Made by a program: the position numbers and the translations under genes
DNA from: an uncultured Pseudomonadales bacterium
GTDB lineage: Bacteria > Pseudomonadota > Gammaproteobacteria > Pseudomonadales > CANNCY01
NCBI GenBank assembly: GCA_947503335.1
Contig: CANNCY010000004.1
Location: 258,305-322,304, forward strand
Length of the DNA: 64,000 nucleotides
Reading direction: 5' to 3'
The notes under the pieces: model-generated
What the model saw: only the letters and a program-made list of their open reading frames with translations
Told to the model about the DNA's origin: nothing
Databases searched by the model: none
Shown here: piece by piece, positions 52,301 to 54,100 of the stretch
How positions within the stretch are numbered: position 1 is the first letter of the stretch
Layout: each line of letters opens with the position of its first letter

Positions 52301-52320
52301 GCATCACTCATCGCTAGCAT
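31348..52320 (-). CDS. Giant (6,990 aa) repeat-rich surface adhesin, probable type I secretion substrate
   Basis: Single uninterrupted 20,973-nt ORF with no N-terminal signal peptide and strongly acidic composition. Dozens of repeats of about 95-100 aa carry the signature ...EDxxxxxxxxDLLANAxDxDGDxLTxxNL...DNGDG[ST][FY]x[FIV]xPxxxFNGxxxxx[FY]x[IV]xDG. Lectin-like inserts are present. Divergent from ABC exporter genes. A possible alternative start is the ATG at 52311. Confidence 0.9.
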   Translation of the reverse strand: MLAMSDAQDPNNENPLNDAVEQSVNDGSAESSSEAEEQNKNTTSTVANTAASGDVGMDDSVQASSDDGESGSAGDESGEGDSSEGSSGGSSGGDSSGSSESQSGVVEGGVSDAGDQASAEDGGGDDVGAQAVGGDAESGETSSKSGTDVVDPKAADSGVAQGAEESLSDAKESFDSETTEETFSVDVVEDAAPVEDFDTTTVEETYTFGVQAVNDGPEVSQDQSLTGTEDSTRIITQDELLAYASDVDNPDDLVAENLTLDDPDMGTIVDNGDGTFSFTPAQDFNGEVSFSYDVSDGIDSTSTNLTIDVAAVNDAAVGGEPTIAGSEDSAVYFTDSDLLANATDVEGDDLSVQNVSYAGDDGTLTESGSIAFGGGTDGQVRLDETLESYDEFTLDFTYTSTGAHSGGIENLFGAATSDAGNNMLNVYVRNSDGGLGLDVGNTDSAMFGSLDLNDGQPHHISISWSAEDGVMKVFDNGELVGTDTLQQGITIPANGLVILGQEQDTYGGGFDSTQATSNAELLNFSMAYERVDDASLEAEADLSTVAANMAFDLRVENGEIIDATGQSGVTTNGDVDTTLAYRFDPNENFNGEVTLDYEINDGTDVTSTSATLDIAATNDAADVSGNVTVTLDEDGSITLTQADLLANASDIEGDSLTASLTGVENATLTDNGDGSYTITPDENFNGELNFTMNVSDGTDLVQSGLDVTVNAVNDNPVASNDGNVGSLVLDGDDSLQLNVGNNDIHGQVTSMWFKIEPDAEGPQGLFGIIDPGNGNDRDLYLNEDGDMVAYTWDSSGQNDYTTTNVGDLADGEWHHVVYSLGDGGNQIYIDGELAASGDLSQSDFDWSSAMTLGTSHMAGDMTGEIRDFQTYTNISATQDDVDALMRGDTLETTQGVEPQFRMQFEEGSEFVVEGSNAHIIGESPVITGNPEVSQSLEGSTIAADDVITNFDVLSNDFDIDGDSFSITGLSDVVNADGTVLGTLNVVEIDGVEQVQFMPDSDAAALEFGEFETAQFTYTITDEHGATDTANVVFKMQGTNSTPEVNQNLAVSVDEDSAITLTQADLLTHATDADGDSLAASNLAITGDATLTNNGDGTFTITPDADFNGEIGITFDITDGDRVIEGNADLTVNAVNDLPVTNDVSATTAEDTSITLSQDDLLANASDIDGDNLTADNLVVANAMVTDNGDGSFSILPDPHFNGELTVSYDINDGTGTIAGTLNLSVTAVNDAAIVDTHDVVVNEDGTLTFTDEHLLANVEDFDDEDTHSIDSVSYSGEDGVFADNGDGTYSFAPNEHFNGDVVLDFVVDDGTETTASTINVDVTAVNDAPIAGSTSFSMNEDGVITLSDAQLLANSSDIDGDDLSIDNVEYTGDDGTLVDNDDGTFTFTPNANFNGEISLNVSVSDGIDISTTTAAIDVAAVNDLPSFPDPTYTMDEDTTIVLTADDIISQATDIDGDDLTLEAVSYVGDDGTLVDNGDGTYSFTPSENFNGDIDLTATVNDGSASVDATVHLQVDAVNDAATSDDVDLVGTEDTTITITQADLLANASDIDGDELTASNLTIDPSFGAVTDNGDGTFDFSPTGDYNGDVPFSFTLSDGTATTNVHGNIDVAAANDTPVLAETSFALTEDNSIVITEAELLANASDIDGDALSVTNISTQDGSVTQNGDGDWVYTPTENYSGDASLTITLSDGTTTADFNSPVTIDADADAPSLTVSLQQMSVAEFGDANIQGGVLQGWQTDNQSGGIEVNQDWVYGVGDDRGLVMELEAAVGDEANVYQNLDIEAGDTIELSFDISARVGSAGADSQVDVYFEGQLIDSILPEVGWESHTYTLTATTDNPRLELDSPSHNGGGAVLDVIRISAPTATQEETAIGLDIDAALVDTDGSESMQSIEVESIPEGAVLTDGTNTFTATADSDSVDVIDWNMSSITITTPENFAGDVTLQVTATSEEGANGDTASASSDLTFTVEDVNDAVVIDVDNEPTFNATEDTQFTITEAALLSNASDIDSDDLIVTNLQIPNASFNTVIDPDTGDKSFVVTPDENFNGDVDISFSVSDQEGSVVESGASLTVAAVNDGPVAVDDSATANEGETILIDVLANDSDIESDVSIQSVDETVMLNGVEVGTAEIVDIPVMGQVELNASDATSTSNLYGGTLLEDDSWSAGHNIIINGENYDSGIGMHPGDGLSTATFEIPEGATNFSSILGMTSSGLVNVSVRVDGVGVFDQANVTANSDGGIVDIDVTGGSTLTLLVHSNGTKDNDHLVWANPEFTAPTGETDQQIQFTPNENFTMLSVDEQADVTIDYVIVDEDGATDSATATITVSGVNSEVDAGAPVTASIDEDGSITLSQEDLLANASDVDGDDLTASNLNAGDNATVTDNGDGTFTVTPDANFNGDLDLTFDISDGNGSVVESAVDISVTPVNDIPEIANVVAVSQAEEASVVVDPAQLINILPVSDIDGDTLTITNMTYEGDDGTFVDNGDGTYTITGNDDFVGTMPVTYTIDDGNGGTAQGTINVEVTNVNDLPTAGDPLSATMQEDGSYTFTNTDLLVNANDIDGDVISVSSVALADGADGTLIDNGDGSFTYQPSTNFNGDIQIDYTISDGNGDPVSNTLDVTVEAVNDGPSVDVSGSTVNEDGTLIITQDDLLANATDIDGDDITASNLQLAPGSTEATIQDNGDGTFTVTPDADFNGSLAFTFDATDGTETVQAMHVTTVEAVNDAATSDDVDLVGTEDTTITITQADLLANASDIDGDELTASNLTIDPSFGAVTDNGDGTFDFAPTGDYNGDVPFSFTLSDGTATTNVHGNIDVAAANDTPVLAETSFALTEDNSIVITEAELLANASDIDGDALSVTNITATDGNGSVTQNEDGDWVYTPAENYSGDANLTISLNDGTVTADFDSAVTITPDADAPSLTVALGEMSVAEFGDANIQGGVLQGWQTDNQSGGIEVNQDWVYGVGDDRGLVMELEAAVGDEANVYQNLDIEAGDTIELSFDISARVGSAGADSQVDVYFEGQLIDSILPEVGWESHTYTLTATTDNPRLELDSPSHNGGGAVLDVIRISEPSSTDEDTAITLDIDAALVDTDGSESMQSIEVAAIPEGAVLTDGSNTFTATAEADSVEVGDWDLSSLTITTAENFSGDVTLDISATSIENENGDTETSTAQLNFTVEEVNDAVVIDAGNEPSFNATEDTQFTITEAALLSNASDLDSEDLIVTNLQIPNATFNTVIDPDTGDKSFAVTPDANFNGDVDISFSVSDQEGSVVESGASLTVAAVNDAADVSGNVGYTIDEDGSITLTQDDLLANASDVDGDNLTATLTSVANATLADNGDGSYTITPDENFNGELNFSMDISDGTEVVQSGVDITVNAVNDGPVAVDDGEAGGALQLPGGGSIGVPGGANADNGEFTVSMWVKVDPENQGEQGLFSVGTYNSSGADRQISMDADGNIEAYAWQSGVGAQHIESNVGSLADGEWHHITYSLDGDNQNLFIDGELAAQGSMGTSGFDWSDVVVIGDDWTHNPMVGEIKDVQVYDGYGASADDAQQMMGGDTIDGQDALFHHQFNGDNPFNAEGPDGEITSTVWGSPTVEAEYLIDGVIAADDVITNFDVLANDSDVEGDVSIITLSDVVDADGNVIGAVSVVEIDGQEQVQFSPNATVLQLAEGEQVLGQFTYEIIDNEGAKATANVSFNFEGTNDTPVVSQNAAASVDEDGSITLTQADLLVNASDVDGDTLVAENLSIDGNASVVNNGDGTFTITPDTDWNGQIDVSFDVTDGTETVSAGLDLTVNAVNDLPTTTPVTANTLEDNSITVTQDDLLANAADIDGGPLTAENLTIDGPAMVTDNGDGSFTINPDPNFNGELNLSYDINDGTGTVDGSLNINVTAVNDAATSTAVGLNGTEDTSLTITQADLLTNASDIDGDALTAVNLSIDESFGSLTDNGDGSWNFEPADDFNGQVPFTFQIDDGTELTAANGNVNVGAVNDLPTLDSAVTFSATEDEGLVINAADILANASDVDGDALSVTDISSTDGNTTILNNGDGTFTLYGDDNFAGTDNLEITISDGTDTATFSSSVEVAGTADEPFLALNLDTTPLHSFTVTESGWQNPAVWGWSTDNTGGDGGAGFNNLVEVNQASGTYGVTGSTEGTVLELEGYGNDAGNLWKDLDIQAGETFTIEFDMSGRNNLDPQSNHVKLFFEGEEIDQMIPEIGFETFSYTLTATEDNPRFEFQAAFNDGAGALLDRVTVTKADLSADEDNAVAIDISAALADNDGSESLEVEISGLLENAVLTDGVNSFTATADEDSVDVSGWDLSNLSMTPPENFNGDASLTATATATDAGGDTATSTMDIPITINAVNDAVQVGDNLAVTIDEDGSFTMTQEQLLANASDLDGDDLTAQNLQSSNASITDNGDGTFTVSPDANFNGDLDVTFDVTDNNGSTIQSNIDVTVTAVNDGPTVDTSLSNVAEDGIITITQDDLLANAVDIDGDDITASNLQLAPGSTEATIQDNGDGSFTVTPEADFNGELAFTFDATDGTETVQAMHVTQVTAVNDAAQASDNTITATEDTAYQLSSADFPVTDADGDDYTVTIDSIDGEGSLILGYDTSLPEANFTLDTTTNSSADGVVVTNDAELGQVYTFDSPDTDVIDLDTNVEMGESWTVSVDFQNPKLNDGQWSTLTRGDVSDGGNHHILLHGTTNEIGVYSNDHSQFFGSGFFLNSDHNDGQFHNLTAVGEGGETHFYIDGEFVGSSAHQVTNSISEVGNFDHDDDGLGNHQPFAGSLANFEVFDDALTAEQIDGLVNGNQEVQPGDNLTQSQLDQLTFVPDENAHGDGLVDIGFHAVDENGLAGESATLSFNVTSVDDETIVNDTNLSVDEDNSITITDEQLLANASDADHSLSIENFTLTSEDAGTLVDNGDGTYAFIPDADFNGQVQFDYDVSNGTDATAGNAFLEVNPVNDAPVMTRVDFNTSEDGAITVNAADILANASDVDGDVLSVASISSSDGNSSVVDNGDGTFTITPDEHFAGAADLTITLSDGTTTAEFASTLNVVEVADAAQLAFAIEPAANIIETEIFNEDFEDITAGLTDIDQWGWATATPSNHIEVNDESAYLGAFATGDHGQVVELETYGNSSWAGIMRDADGVEVGDTFTLSFDAAARAGATGDDGIHIRVQTENGFEAFDVEPVDGAGWGSYEFTFTATVDNPTIIFNSHSDDGAGGIMDNIRVVAQKTDDTHYEDTAVNVDLSATLVDTDGSETLSLELSDIPAGVTLSDGTNSYTPESDGGSINVDGWNLADLTLMPPENFSGEISITATAATTDGDSTATNSETISVDIVAVNDAVEVGAELTMVIDEDGSFTMTQDDLLANATDVDGDDLAAGNLQVQNATVTDNGDGSFTVAPDADYNGSLNVSFDVSDGNGSTVQSGIDVTVNPVNDIPEVANAVAVSQAEEASVVVDPAQLINILPVSDVDGDTLTITNMSYDGDDGTFVDNGDGTYTITGNDDFVGTMPVTYTIDDGNGGQAQGTINVEVTNVNDLPTAGDPLSATMQEDGSYTFTNADLLVNANDVDGDVISVSSVSLADGADGTLTDNGDGSFTYEPSANFNGDIQIDYTISDGNGDPVSNTLDVTVEAVNDGPSVDVSSSTVNEDGTLIITQDDLLANATDIDGDDITASNLQLAPGSTEATIQDNGDGTFTVAPDADFNGSLAFTFDATDGTETVQAMHVTTVESVNDAVVVGDNVTATIDEDGSLTLTQEQLLANATDADGDDLTASNLQVANATVTDNGNGSFTIAPDANFNGALDVTYDISDGNGSTVQSGVDITVNAVNDGPVVAGGIDMSEDFSGNAEGWVAAGDATIADGEVTLTEDTSQQAGAILYDEEMPSDQGIQVSFTMGNQSATDNGDGMGFVLVNGDQIDGNNFEAGNPGGSMGIQGMDGMEFGIAFEEWWGDSIQLIGPNGVVETFDLGNDVIDNQTIPVNIDISPEGVLNVQLSYDGGTTFVTEIENYSLPDNGINLPDSVKAAFAGGTGGSTAEHFVDDISIFAAGGAGSSTSMQEDGTITITQEDLLENASDIDGDALTALNLAMEDDSQGTLVDNGDGTFSFTPTENFNGEIAISYDVTDGEATTSATYNVNVEGVNDAPDAPTVELVGTEDQVLTIDPAFILAQATDLDGDDLTLTNLSVRQPQNAQLNQQQDGTYQLVASQDFNGVIELDYQISDGTTTTDGTLNTDFQPVNDAAFASGNAHLAIEEDGAITFNADDMLDLFSDVDGDTVAISRVILPDDEEGSLTDNGDGTYTYVGAEDFAGIPQLELVVTDGTEETTLDLPVYIRPVADGAVITRTQDGPIVMTEDETGIFSFSVGLIDDSESISNVAITGFPVGFVLSDGTNTITITEENQYVDVTGWDTENIAMTPPENWAGTFEVTVSATTIDYGDEQVTDLDGSTVPVGDFETNAGEPVTFTEADLLEMSGLETSETDSVQLAHLADRSQGDLVDNGDGTYTFTPADGFSGEVGMAFLVVDENGNSTDAQSSIAVFDNAGGGNSAPTADTEITTNIDAGNSLNFTDADLLSTVNDADGDDLSISGVEVIGGEGVVLDHGDGTYTFTPDEGVTGDVAIGFSATDGTSTIQSQLNVAIADPDPAEYTMAEDGSLTLTTAELLDQVGAVDSTGSIDDVTVDPDAGTVIDNGDGTYTFWSDPDYNGTVQLQVSASDANNSGTGNINLTITAENDAPEVSGAVEADLVETGTQTFTLEELLANVSDVDGDNLTVSNFQSDHATMTDNGDGTYTLVADENHEGEVDMTFDVSDGTETVQASLSGDTRPDAVADGIDAQAAPGGSVSVSIPTDISGDASVDSVVIGGLPEGATLSSGIDNGDGSYTLSGDLSQPVSMTLGDNFEGTAVLDIQGMDQLNNPVDGAEATTSVEVSSDYALDGSSADNAEAIDDTVAADDWTTAAADAGGVDPLADTGGAEDNTPDQNNGGDNDPNDYI
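31351..31803 (-). other. C-terminal domain of the giant protein (about 151 aa), putative secretion/targeting domain, non-RTX
   Basis: ...VSIPTDISGDASVDSVVIGGLPEGATLSSGI...VSSDYALDG...AIDDTVAADDWTTAAADAGG...GGDNDPNDYI. No GGxGxD nonapeptide run seen anywhere near it. Confidence 0.55.
34189..34800 (-). other. L-type (legume-like) lectin-like module, single copy
   Basis: SEDFSGNAEGW...QQAGAILYDEEMP...GIQVSFTMG...GDGMGFVLV...GNPGGSMGIQG...FGIAFEEWW...VNIDISPEGVLNVQLSYDGG...AAFAGGTGGSTAEHFVDDISIF follows the L-type lectin strand pattern. Confidence 0.55.
35116..36027 (-). repeat. Intragenic duplication, copy D (912 nt)
   Basis: Partner of 44149-45060, about 9 kb away. A third, more diverged partial copy of its first unit lies at about 38655-38965. 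Confidence 0.8.
36634..37092 (-). other. DUF642/CBM-like beta-sandwich module, copy D
   Basis: FNEDFED...DQWGWATATPSNHIEVN...GQVVELETYGNSSWAGIMRDADGVEVGDTFTLSFDAAAR...GWGSYEFTFTATVDNPTIIFNSHSDDGAGGIMDNIRVV. Confidence 0.5.
37942..38412 (-). other. LamG/concanavalin-A-like module 4
   Basis: ...ESWTVSVDFQNPKL...NHHILLHGTTNEIGVYSN...DGQFHNLTAVGEGGETHFYIDGEFVGS...AGSLANFEVFDDAL. Confidence 0.55.
39571..40020 (-). other. DUF642/CBM-like beta-sandwich module, copy C
   Basis: FTVTESGWQNPAVWGWSTDN...VEVNQ...GTVLELEGYGNDAGNLWKDLDIQAGETFTIEFDMSGR...GFETFSYTLTATEDNPRFEFQAAFNDGAGALLDRVTVT. Confidence 0.5.
41701..42156 (-). other. LamG/concanavalin-A-like module 3
   Basis: ...GEFTVSMWVKVDPENQGEQGLFSVG...DGEWHHITYSLDGDNQNLFIDGELAAQG...VGEIKDVQVYDG. 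Confidence 0.6.
42472..44160 (-). repeat. Intragenic duplication, copy B (1,689 nt)
   Basis: Partner of 46090-47772. Boundaries were placed at the shared ...SLTVAAVND and VNDAATSDD codons by reading both DNA copies. Confidence 0.85.
43117..43530 (-). other. DUF642/CBM-like beta-sandwich module, copy B
   Basis: FGDANIQGGVLQGWQTDNQSGGIEVNQDWVYGVGDDRGLVMELEAAVGDEANVYQNLDIEAGDTIELSFDISAR...GWESHTYTLTATTDNPRLELDSPSHNGGGAVLDVIRIS. Confidence 0.5.
44149..45060 (-). repeat. Intragenic duplication, copy C (912 nt, three repeat units)
   Basis: Aligns without indels to 35116-36027. About 88-92 percent identity in the stretches I compared by eye. Confidence 0.8.
45505..45870 (-). other. NPCBM-like carbohydrate-binding module, single copy
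   Basis: NLYGGTLLEDDSW...INGENYDSGIGMHPGDGLSTATFEIPEGATNFSSILGM...VNVSVRVDGVGVFD...IVDIDVTGGSTLTLLVHSNGTKDNDHLVWANPEF matches the remembered NPCBM pattern (G-[IL]-G-x-H ... F ... V-x-V-x-x-D-G ... L-x-L-x-V ... D-H-x-x-W-A-x-[AP]). Confidence 0.6.
46090..47772 (-). repeat. Intragenic duplication, copy A (1,683 nt)
   Basis: Aligns with 42472-44160 (offset 3,618 then 3,612 nt, with one 6-nt indel). Identity is mosaic; see findings. Confidence 0.85.
46735..47148 (-). other. DUF642/CBM-like beta-sandwich module, copy A
   Basis: Same protein sequence as copy B over the module. The DNA is about 99 percent identical over about 270 nt of it. Confidence 0.5.
49702..50148 (-). other. LamG/concanavalin-A-like module 2
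   Basis: GSLVLDGDDSLQL...VTSMWFKIEPDAEGPQGLFGI...DGEWHHVVYSLGDGGNQIYIDGELAASG...TGEIRDFQTYTN. Confidence 0.6.
50728..51219 (-). other. LamG/concanavalin-A-like module 1
   Basis: GSIAFGGGTDGQVRLD...FTLDFTYTS...NMLNVYVRN...DGQPHHISISWSAEDGVMKVFDNGELVG...LILGQEQDTYGGGFD...LLNFSMAYERV. Confidence 0.55.
51736..52320 (-). other. N-terminal acidic Ser/Gly/Asp/Glu-rich low-complexity region of about 195 aa
   Basis: ...SSDDGESGSAGDESGEGDSSEGSSGGSSGGDSSGSSESQSG... No hydrophobic segment and no folded retention-module-like region before the first repeat (AVNDGPEV at aa 212). Confidence 0.7.
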
Positions 52321-52429
52321 CTCACTAAATACATCTATGACCTTTTTAGTGTAGGCAAATAATTTTGGATCAACGGCGTATTGACCTGACTCAGCTACAG
52401 TATTAAGACAACTTTATTTTGTACGAAAG

Positions 52430-52451
52430 AGTGCTAATACAAATTAGTACT
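52430..52451. promoter_or_regulatory. Inverted repeat in the divergent adhesin/ABC control region (candidate operator)
   Basis: AGTGCTAAT-ACA-AATTAGTACT; the arms are complementary except for one mismatch. Lies in the AT-rich 166-nt region between the starts at 52320 (-) and 52487 (+). Confidence 0.3.
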
Positions 52452-52486
52452 AAGAAAGAATACTTGGTTATATAAAGAAAATTTTT

Positions 52487-54100
52487 ATGCTCAATAAAAA
52501 CGAGGCGAGTCTATCGCCTAAAAGTTATATTGAATCGATTAAAGTATTCGACACTATCGGCATAACTTACCTATGCACGTCGACCGTAATATCGACTCTG
52601 CTCTCCCTCGTTTTACCATTCTCGATACTCATAATTTTTGACCGAGTTGTGCCCAATCAGGCCACAAGTACATTGATGCTACTCTTCGCGATTATCTTGA
52701 TATCTGTTTGGTTAGACAATTATGTTAAGCGTGCAGAACAAGGCTTTACTAATCGCATTACTGAAACCTTTGAGCGACGCGTAAATGAGAAAGTATTTGG
52801 CGCAATAGCAAATACTGATATGGCAAAATTTGAAATGATTGAGCCGTCAGATATCGTTAACCGAGTAGCAACAGTTGGGCTAGTTAAAACACATAACAGC
52901 ACTGACATTATTACAGGTCTGGTGAACGCAATAACCTGTCTGATAGTTTGGTTAACAATACTTGTTATCAATACAGGGGCCGGCACAATCATACTCATAG
53001 CATCTATTGTACTGTTCTTTCTAGCTAAAAAGCTCGGGCAAAATAAACTCGCACAACTATCAAATAAAGAGTCAAAAGAATCAGAAAGTAATGCCAAAAT
53101 AGTAGAGGTGATATCAAGGCCGATAAATGTAAAAAGCGCCTCGATGGAGTACCGACTAGAAAACATGATGAGCGCTATCGCCGAGGATCGAGAAAACTAT
53201 AACGCAAAATTTGAACAGTTAGAAGCTGACTTCTCATTGCGGCTACAAACAATTGGTGCGCTATCGGTTGCGCTCGTCGTGGCGTTTTGTGCTTCATCAG
53301 TAATAGCAGGCGTGACGGGGCAAGGTGCAATGGCTGCGGTGATAATGCTCACTAATAGATACTTCTCACCATACCAACAAGTGATGAGTGCAATTAGTCG
53401 TCGAAAAACAAACCAATGGCATATCGATCGACTTACAGAGTTAGTGGAGTTAGAGCCCAGTTTAAAAGGCGAGCGCCTTGATCAAATCAATAGTATTTGC
53501 GTAGGTGACGAAGAAAAAGGTATTCGATTAAATCGAGGTAACGTTATCTGTGTGTTAGGGAAATCGGCAAGCGGTAAGTCGCTGTTATTAAAAGCGCTGT
53601 CGAGAGAATACGTCAGCGACAAGTCACCGATAACGGTTAACGATACCGAAATGAAAGATATAGACTACGGCTGGTGGCGCGATAACGTTGTGCGAGTACA
53701 TTCGGGCTCTGCGTTTATTGACGGAACGATTGTCGATAACATCACATCATTTCAACCATCTCTAAACAAATCAGCGTTCGCGTTGTGCGAAAGTATGGGC
53801 ATTCGCCATTATATTGATGGGTTAAGACAGGGATTTTATACCCAAATAAAATCATCTTCGCCATTGCCTTTTCCTAGGCAAGTCAAGTATGGCCTGTTAG
53901 CTGTCAGGGCGATGTTAACATACAAACAGGTTTATCTATTCGATGACATTGATCAGGTGGCGGATGCATTATTCCTGGATAGATTTGCGACAACACTGAC
54001 TAGGATAAAAGACCGAACTATTGTCGTAATTGTCGCGAGTGATCTTGACTACGAACACTATGCATTTGATTGTCTCGACTCCAAGAAGATTAGTCTATGA
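52487..54100 (+). CDS. ABC exporter (TMD-NBD half transporter) with degenerate nucleotide-binding motifs, no N-terminal accessory domain
   Basis: The TMD resembles T1SS/bacteriocin exporters (LLSLVLPFSILIIFDRVVPNQ). Walker A is intact (GKSASGKS). The other positions, aligned by eye to HlyB, are degenerate: Q-loop reads VHS, signature LPFPR instead of LSGGQ, Walker B VYLFDD (Asp in place of the catalytic Glu), H-loop VASD (no His). Confidence 0.75.
   Translation: MLNKNEASLSPKSYIESIKVFDTIGITYLCTSTVISTLLSLVLPFSILIIFDRVVPNQATSTLMLLFAIILISVWLDNYVKRAEQGFTNRITETFERRVNEKVFGAIANTDMAKFEMIEPSDIVNRVATVGLVKTHNSTDIITGLVNAITCLIVWLTILVINTGAGTIILIASIVLFFLAKKLGQNKLAQLSNKESKESESNAKIVEVISRPINVKSASMEYRLENMMSAIAEDRENYNAKFEQLEADFSLRLQTIGALSVALVVAFCASSVIAGVTGQGAMAAVIMLTNRYFSPYQQVMSAISRRKTNQWHIDRLTELVELEPSLKGERLDQINSICVGDEEKGIRLNRGNVICVLGKSASGKSLLLKALSREYVSDKSPITVNDTEMKDIDYGWWRDNVVRVHSGSAFIDGTIVDNITSFQPSLNKSAFALCESMGIRHYIDGLRQGFYTQIKSSSPLPFPRQVKYGLLAVRAMLTYKQVYLFDDIDQVADALFLDRFATTLTRIKDRTIVVIVASDLDYEHYAFDCLDSKKISL

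Noticed and set aside
31348-52320. Regular periodicity (about 290-300 nt) that could superficially suggest a CRISPR array or satellite.
   Set aside because: The period corresponds to in-frame protein repeats of about 95-100 aa. There are no short direct repeats with unique spacers, and the whole region is one ORF.
31348-52320. Search for RTX nonapeptide (GGxGxDxUx) blocks; the glycine-rich stretch GGSSGGDSSGSS lies near the N-terminus.
   Set aside because: The N-terminal stretch is Ser/Gly low complexity, not a nonapeptide beta-roll. It is at the wrong end, and nothing RTX-like was seen in the C-terminal 1,000 aa. I therefore did not call the protein an RTX protein.
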